DNA of 32,000 nt from Desulfotalea psychrophila LSv54. Lineage in GTDB: Bacteria > Desulfobacterota > Desulfobulbia > Desulfobulbales > Desulfocapsaceae. Positions 1 through 9,000 of the stretch are shown in pieces. Under the pieces are notes generated by a model, which saw only the letters and a list, made by a program, of their open reading frames with translations, made no database searches and was not told where the DNA came from. Numbering within the stretch: the stretch's first letter is position 1; every line of letters begins with the position of its first letter. The DNA lies in the NCBI RefSeq assembly GCF_000025945.1, contig NC_006139.1, positions 60,001-92,000 of the forward strand. Reading direction: 5' to 3'. Made by a program: the position numbers and the translations under genes.

Positions 1-3000
1 AAAATTGCCACCGATCAGGGTGTCATCCAGCACCGTGCCATTGGCATCATTGTTGGTAAATTGAACATTGCCGGCATCAAACGAACTGGCATCAATGGTC
101 ATATCTCCATCGATTGCCACCACGCTACCCACAGACTGGCTCAACAAACCACCCACAGTCAGGGTGACGTTAGAAGTGCCAACACCATCAGTAATACCGA
201 CGATTTGAAGCTCACCACTATCGATAGTACCAATCTCGACACCATCGGAATCAACAAAAACCAATGCTGCATCACCAGAGAGTAACGCTGCCAGTGTATC
301 AATATCATTACCTGTGTTAGCCAGTGTGGCGTCATCGGTTGACTTGATCGCTAATTGCGCCGCATTAATCGGTGCGGAACCACCTTGAGTGACTCCTGTC
401 GATTCAATACGCAGGATATTCAAAGCATGATTAGCACCAACGGCGGCAACGAAATTCTGACCTGCCGCGTTGGCTGAAGTTAAGCGCAAGCTGCGCAGAG
501 TTAGGTCGGCATCACTATCAACCGTTGAGGCAAAGCCAATGCTGCCCGCCGTAGTTCCGGTACTCATGCTGACATCCCCGGTCAATTCCACAGCCGAGGT
601 AAAGTTAATGTTAGTACCAACGGTGGTGATGGCACCAGCCAAGTTATTCGGGCCAGCACCATTTTGGGTAAAACCACCAGCGGCGTCAATGTCGCTAGCT
701 GCCGCGGTAGTAAACACACCCGCGTTGGTTGCTTCGACCGTACCACCGCTATTCAGCCTGGCATTAACATTGAACGCCGCGCCGGTGAAATCGAGGTTGC
801 CGCTGAGAGTGGCAATGCCATTTAACGTTGTTGTGCCAGAGCCCGCTTGCTGGGTCAGACTGGCAGCATCAATGGTGTTGGAGAAGGTTACGTTATCTGC
901 ATCGACAATTGTTAGGGCATTAAGGGTATCTGCCCTGCCAACTGCGGCAACAAAGTTCACGCTCTGCCCGGCAGCATCAATCGTCAGATCACGGTTCTGG
1001 CCAACATCGCTATTAACGCTAGCAGCAAAGTTCACAGTGCCACCACTGGTCAGCACAGTATCGGCGCGAAGAACAACGGCATCATTATAGTTTTGAGCAC
1101 CAGTTGTCTCGATACTGCCGCCGTTAATCGTTGTACTCCCACCGGCATTAGTTGTCAGACTGGCTGCCTTTACTGCGCCAGTGAATGTTGTTTCGTTACT
1201 ACTATTAACACCCAACGCACCCAACACCCCATCGACAAGATCGCCAATAGCACCACTGAAGGTCGCCGCGCCGCTACCACTGTTCACTGCCAAGGCGTTG
1301 GTTTCGCTGGCCTGGGAATTTACCGTACTGTTAAATGTTACCGCATTGTCGGTAGCTGTCAGTGTTGTACTATTACCAAGGATCACTGCTCCTGTGTAGG
1401 TTTGTGCATTGGCACTGGTCACGGTATCGGTATGAATCTCGGTAGTGCCAGTCACCGCTAGCGTACTCAGACCAGTCACTTGGTCATCAGTCGAATTGCC
1501 CAGCACGACATTGCCATTAATGTCCAAGCTGTGATTATTGCCGGTTAGCGTATCACCGGTGATCACCGTGGTGGCGGTCAGGGTCGTATCGGCCCCCAAC
1601 ACCAGCTGTTCAAGATAGATTTGCGTCCCGGTCGTTGTTACCGACCCGCCATTGACATGCACCGCTCCCGGCGCATCGGTGTAAACACTCGTTGCCGTTA
1701 CCGCTTTGTCGAAGCGGGTCAAAGCACCACAATTGACGACAATTGCGCCCAGTTGTTCCAGGGCACCCAGTGTGTCTAGAAAGCTAACATCGCCGCTCCC
1801 GGAAGAGATGGTCAAATCATCAGTTTCACCAACAGCCGAATCAACGGTGCGGCTGAAGGTAATATTACCGGCACCGCTGTCGCTATCCATGGCGACGGCA
1901 TCATTCAAGGTAATGGCTGTCACGAAAATAATATCATTGTTGACTGTGGTAATATCGCCGGATAGCTCGTTAACACCCGTCCCGTCCTGGCTGAAACCAC
2001 CGTTGGCGACGATGTCGCCACCCAGCGCAGAGGAGAAGGTTCCAGTATTATGAACTTGAGTGCTAGCGTCAGTCGCGACGCCGGCATTAACAGCCAGGTT
2101 CTGGCCGGTAAAGTCAAGATTGCCGCTGAGAGTCATGACACCATTAACTGTTGTGGTTCCAGATCCTGCTGTTTGGATCAGACTTGCCGCGTCCAGGGTT
2201 GATGTGGTCGTGACGTCGGTCGCTGATACGACCTGAATCACACCAAGTTCCTGAGTAGAACCAACGGCGCCACTCAAGACAATGTTGCCAGTGCCCGCAG
2301 TCAGTGTAAGGTTATTGGTTTCAGTTGCTTCGGAATCAACACTGCCATTAAAGGTAATATCCCCAGCGCCAGCACCGGTATCTATCGACCGGTCTGCCAA
2401 TAAGAGTGTGGGACTATTAAGTATCACGCTGCCACCGGCAGCCTGTGTCGCTCCAGAGCCACCACCACTTGCATCAATATTGCCACCAAGGTCGATACCG
2501 CCAGTACCGGTCAGAGTAATGACTCCACCCTGGCCACCAATGGTGCTATCACTGTTGTGATCGGAACCGATGGCATTAATTTCTGCCGTGGTCAACTTAG
2601 CGTCAGCGGCCAAGGTAATACTACCGGCACTTTCTCCAGAACCGTTACTATCAGAACCGCCATCGGCAACCAGCATGCCGATAGAAACCGCTCCCGTTGA
2701 AGTGATGTTAATGTTGCCACCGGATTCATCGCTACCACCGGTAGTCGACAGAGTAACGGCCATCGAATCAAAGCTGGTTATTTCAGTAGCGGTTATGTCG
2801 CCACCTGCAGTCGTGACATCAGCACCGAGCAGCACCGCACCGGTATGACCGGTGAGGTCGACGTTGCCACCCGAAGTGGTAATCGTTGCCCCACTATTAG
2901 AAGTAAACGCCCTACCTACCGTGCTGAAATCACCGCCGGTTGTTGCCACAGTAGCATCAGTCGCCAAGGTCACATCGCCGCTGCCGGAAAGTGCAATGTT

Positions 3001-6000
3001 GCCGCTATTGGTACTCAAGCCAATGACGCCACCGTCATTGATACCTACGGTAAAATCACCAGCATTTTTAAAGGTGAAGTCAGCATCGGCCCCAGTCAGG
3101 GTTGCGGAGATCTCATCTATGGTGTTGGTCAAATCAAGCAATTCAGAAGTATTGGCCGCGTTAACAATGACACGACCGGTCTTTATTTCGTTATCACCGT
3201 CGGTTTGTGACACAGCACCAGTAGCAGCGGTCAAACGTACCAGAGCATCAGCACCATCGGCACCAGTACCGTCAAGCGCCCCCCCACGTGCTATCAATGC
3301 ACCGCCAATACTGAGCACATCGCCAGCTGCCGTCAGGGTCACATTGCCAGCAACACCACCATCGGTATTAGCTACCGTTGCATCTTGTCCGGAGGTAATA
3401 ATGTCACTAACCGTCAGATTGCCATCTGTGCCCATACCATAAGTGACCAGAGTCAAGCTACCGCCGTTTTCTCCAGCAACGGCACTTTGGGTATCGATGG
3501 GAATGCTACTGGAATCGATACTAGGAGCTAACAAGGCAAAGTTTGCACCGCCCGTGCTAACCCCGACCTGATTAACGGTACCAATAGTCAAGGCTAGAGC
3601 AGTAGAGAAATTAACGTCCCCTGTAGCATTGGAAGCAATGGTGCTGACCTGATTGATTGGTGTGCCAAGTGCTTCATTATTGAGGGTATAGCCCCCGGAG
3701 CCGGAAAGCCCAAGCCCGGCAGCGATAATGGCCCCAGTTTGGGTCACGGCACCATCCGCATCGAAAACGGCTATGTCGGTGGTCTTAACATTAGTGACAC
3801 TGAAACCATCTCTATCGGTAAAGCGGATCTCACCTGCGGCATTGTCGCTGTCAGCGGCATTACGCGTCTGAAAATCGATGGAGTTAACATCGTTAGTCTC
3901 CGTCAGAGTGATATCTCCACCGGCGTCTTTAAGTGTCTTAACCGTCAGCAGATTCGCGGCAATTGTGCCCCGAGCGCCTGTGCTCACAGCATCGCCGGCG
4001 GTCAGAGTTGCATTGCCGCTGGTTTCGATCTGGTCGATAACAACACCGTCGACATCAATATAGCCGATGGTGCCAGAACCCGTTGCGTCATCGGCCAGGT
4101 TGCGGCTACGTAATGAGATGGTATCAACTGCGTTGGCTGTGCCTGCGAGGGTAATACTACCGTCGGCCATCGCTTTGGCGGTCAAGGTCGCTACCTGAAC
4201 AGCGGTACCACCCTGCTGAGTGATATCACCACCGGTGGTCACGTACAGATCGCCACTAGTCGATTGGATATTGGCAACGTTGGCTGCGCCATTTAAAGCG
4301 TTAATCGTAATATCACCAGCTACGGTTGAATAATCAAAATCCAGTCCCTGAGTATAATTACCGGTACGGGCATCAACCGTGATGGTTCCTGCATTACCCG
4401 TTTGCAGCGAATAGCCGCCTCCACTGACATGAGCGACGGTGGCGCCATCAATGGTAATATCACCACTGGTTGAGGCAATACTGTTTGATAAGGTTAAGAT
4501 CGCCGAGGAATACAGATCAACATTTCCAGAACCAGTGGTTAAAGCGCCGGGTGTCGAAAGGTTGCCACCTAACGAGCGGAAATCAATACTGCCCTCATCT
4601 GTGGTTATTGCATCACCGGTCAATATGAGTTGTGATCCGGCTATTGCCAGAATCGAGGTATCGTCACCCAGCGTGTCATCAAGCGAGGTCCCATTTGCAT
4701 TGAGTGTCAGATCGTCCGTATCACGAATGGTCACCTGCGCGCCGGCTGCAGTCAGACCAACCTGACCGGTAAAATCATTACTGGAACTACCCAACAGGAT
4801 TGAGCCGGTACCAGCATCAATGCTGGCGGTGCTGGCCTTAATCGCACTGTCAGAAACGCCCGTGTCTACGGTGAAGTCCTGAGTTATACCAACTCCAACC
4901 AGGGTTAGCCCATGGCCATTGGCATCCAGATCGAATGTGGCGAAATCAAGCACGCCATCACTGGTTTCAATGCGGGTTGTTCCACCGGCAGCAACATCGC
5001 CGACACAGGTTAAACCTGCAGCGGCGAGAGTTCCACCTTGATCAAGCAAGGTTAAATCGCCAGTGGTTATCAGTGCACCCAGCTCATCGAGGTTGAGAGT
5101 TTCATCCAAAGCGAGGATGCCGACATCACCAACCAGAGTTTTGGCTGAGATCACACCACCATCGTCCTGAGAAACTATACCAGTAATGTCATTTGCTCCA
5201 GCAGTGCCTAACACCAAAGTGCCAGAACTAACTCCAACTTCATGTAAGGTAACATCTGTAGCATTCAAAAGTTGAACAGCAGTTGCTCTCGCATTATTTG
5301 TATAGAGCTTACCCTCTAACGTAATTGCAGCATCTCCACCAGCAAGAGTGATGGTTCCGGCATCATCAGAAGATATAGATTGATATGCAGAATTAACTTC
5401 ACCGGTTGCCGCTTGATGAATCTCTTCACCGCTTAGATATAGATCGCCAAGCGAACGTACCTGTTTATCGGAAAGTTCAAGCCTTTCAACTTCTCCACCC
5501 TCCACCTTGGCCGTAACAATTTGCAAACCGCCAGCACTCGTAACATTTCCAGTTAGAGTTAAGCCGCCGATGGAATCGTATAGATCGAAATCGTACTGCT
5601 TGCCGCCAACATCGCCGACGGAAACAGCGCCTAACGAACCTACTTTGTTACCGACATTGGTCAACACCACCGAGCTTTCAGCGGTAACAACCAAGATGTC
5701 CGTATCGATACTGGTACCGGCGTTCTGCGTCACCACACCGGTAATCTGGTGGGTGACATCACTGCCGCCTAAGGTTAGGATGCCACCGGCGACATCGATC
5801 TCTGGCAGTGTCAGGTTGGTGGTGCCACGAATAGTAATGGCATTTGCGCTGGTATTATAGGTTTGCAGGGTACCGGCAAGATTGATGGCTCCGGCGAAGG
5901 CACCATCATGGCCTTGTAGCAGGATCGTACCGCCCTGACCGTCGTTGCCATTGACACTAATTGAACCACTGGTTTGCTTGATGCCGCGCCCCTTAAGACT

Positions 6001-9000
6001 AATATTTGCGCCACCATTGATTGAGGACCCTGCAGTAACTGCATGGGTAGCCAGAACCAACCTACCGCCCGCTGTCGCAATTTCGATATCGCCATAAGGG
6101 TTGGTGATCGCTCCTGTCAAGGTTAAGCCACCGGAGACATCGTTGAGTTTAAAGTAAGGCGAAACACTAACGGCATCCTCAAGGTAAAAAGGACCAAGTT
6201 CTGCGATCTCGTTATCCGTATCCAGCTTCACATAGCCTCGGGCGGAGGGTGAGCCGGCACCTATTGTGGTAGTACCGCTGCTATTGATCCCGTAAAGCGC
6301 GCCGCTGGTGGTAATTACGCCACCTGATTGATTAATCGTGTAGCCAGAATGGATCGCAACTCCATCATCCCCAGCGCTAATATTCCCACCGAGGACAATC
6401 CCACGATGATAACCATTATCAGCAGCATTAATGGCACGCAGTTCTACGCCACCGGTCGTTTCTATTGATGATCCACCGCTAACATTTATGTTTTCTGCCG
6501 TTACAATTGAAACACCGCCACTGCCGGCAGTGACAGAATCAAAAACATTAATTGATGCCAGACCGTTTGCAACCAAAGACACCGCACCTGTGCCGAGCGT
6601 ATTTGCCGCGATGCTAGCGCTGCTATTCACAGTGATATCATCGTTTGTACCGGTTGTTCTTAAAAGAATATCTCCATTAGTCGAGAGCAGATCACCAATA
6701 ACCGTTAAGGCAAAAGCATTATTTGATAAAGTAAAACCGTCGATGGCACTAAAGTCGCTGACATTATCTACATAATTGGTCTGTGCCAACAGAGCCGAAC
6801 CGTTAACCACACCACTAATGGTGTCGGCGGCAATATTACCGGTGGCCTGTGTTACATTACCGGTAATAACGTTACCGCTGGTACCCAGAACAAGTTCGCC
6901 AATCTGCCCACTCGGAAATTCAGTTCGACTAACTCGCCCCAGACTGACGTCAGAAGCATTTTCAATAATGACCTTGTCATCGGTCAGTGCATAAAGAGCA
7001 CCCGATAGAGCAATCCTGCTGCCACCTGCATCGATGGTAAGATTACCAGTGTTTCGCTCAGCATAGACACCGCCACCCGAACTGGTCAGGGCATTCTCAG
7101 TATCAGCCAAATCGCTGCCACCGTTTAAGTCAACTGCCGAGCCATAGATCAAGTATCCACCCAAGTTTAACAAACCAGGCGTTGTGATCGTGACGGCACT
7201 ATCCAATGTACCGCCATCCATATGCCCCATTAGGGTCAAGCCATTCTTTTCGGTGTCGGCATCCAGAATGTTAATCGCGCCACCGCGGGAGATTGTTCCC
7301 AGTTCTTTAATTTCATTACCAGTATTCGTCAGAGTAACTGCGCCACTTTCCTGATGAATAGACAACCGACCAACCTTAATCTCTGAATCGGCAGTCTGGT
7401 TAACGGTGCCATAGATTCTTGTGTATCCGAGATTAACTCCGGAAGCGGCACCCTCACCTGTCGTGTCGCGATCGATATTCGTACCCAAGCGTAAGCCGCC
7501 ACGATTGCCAACGGTTCCAGCCGTGATATTTGCAATGATAAGGTTGCCCGTGTCATCAATAACTACGGCATCTGTCGCAGTTGAACCTGCAATAAGATCA
7601 CCACCCAAAGTCACAGCTTGAACTGTTCCGTCACTGTAGTCACTGCCCAAAATAAGAATCTGATCAGCAGCAGTGATGGTCGAGCCAACTAATTGAGTAA
7701 CTCCGCGTCCCTGCAACAGTACGTCACCGCTGGTGGCAGTAATATTGGTAGTAACAAGCGATAGGATACCATCAGTACCGCCAGTGTTCAGACCCGTGCG
7801 AATGGTTACCGCCGTCGCCTCCACATCACCGGTGAGTTGCAGTCCGTTAGTGCGCCCTTTAGCCTGCACAGTTAATGAGCCACCCAAATTAAAATCGCCG
7901 AGGTTATCAATAATGTTATTGGTATCAGTGATACTTAGATTACTCGCGGCATTGACTTCGAGTGTTTTGATGTTGATTTTATCAGTGATTAAACTGAGAT
8001 CTTGTTGAATTACGCTACCAGTAACATCGGCGATTTCAGAGCCGACCGCTCCAACCATTTCACCAATGCGTAAAGTTCCATTTATTGCCGTCACACGGCT
8101 GATATTAACTACTGAAGCATCATGGATAAGAACGGCTGGTGGTTCCTCTGCATCGGTAGCTGTCGAGATTAATGTGCCGTCAAGATCAATGATTCCGCCA
8201 CCGCCATCAATACAAATTTTGCCACTACCGGCATCAATATCATTATCAGTATCGGTCTGGCTGACCCCAATACCGGCAATAGCAATATCGCCACCAGTAG
8301 AAGTTAGGTCCGCTCCATTACCTGAAATCGTTACCACACCAGCTGAGGAGGTTAAGGTGATCGCACCACCAGCAGTGGTTATGTCGGAATCATCAGCAAC
8401 CAACAACACCCCAGACTGGCCGTCAATGGTTACTGCGCCCGCATTCGTAGTAATCGCACCGTTTTGGGTGACCGTGTTGGTCGTCGATTGTAACGTTACA
8501 TCGGCACCGAAGACGGTACTCGTAATGGCACCATGGGGTGTAACCACAGCCCCCTTGGTATAGATATCTACTCCAGCGGCACCGTCCACATTAATCGTTG
8601 AATTCGTATAGTTTGTATTATACGTTATCGCTCCTTCACCCAACACGCGGGTTCCAACGTCATCTGCATAGGTTAAACTTGAAGCATAAACATAAGAAGG
8701 CAAGCGAAGGTTATTCACGCCATCGATACGGACGGCACCAATTCTATTGGCTGAGCTCCCTAGGTTATACTCAAAATAAATATCACCAAAAACTCCACCC
8801 GCACCTGCAGTATCGCCGTGTTCTATGATCAGATGATGAGCACCAGATTCACCAACTGCGCTCCGCACTTGATAGCCCATGGTGACATTGCCTAAACCAT
8901 GGGTAATCTTTACCGAGTCGTCAAGCACCACACTCGAAGATGCATCCAAATCAACGGAACCGTTTGCTGCACTGGTATCCAACACCACTTCGCTGTCATT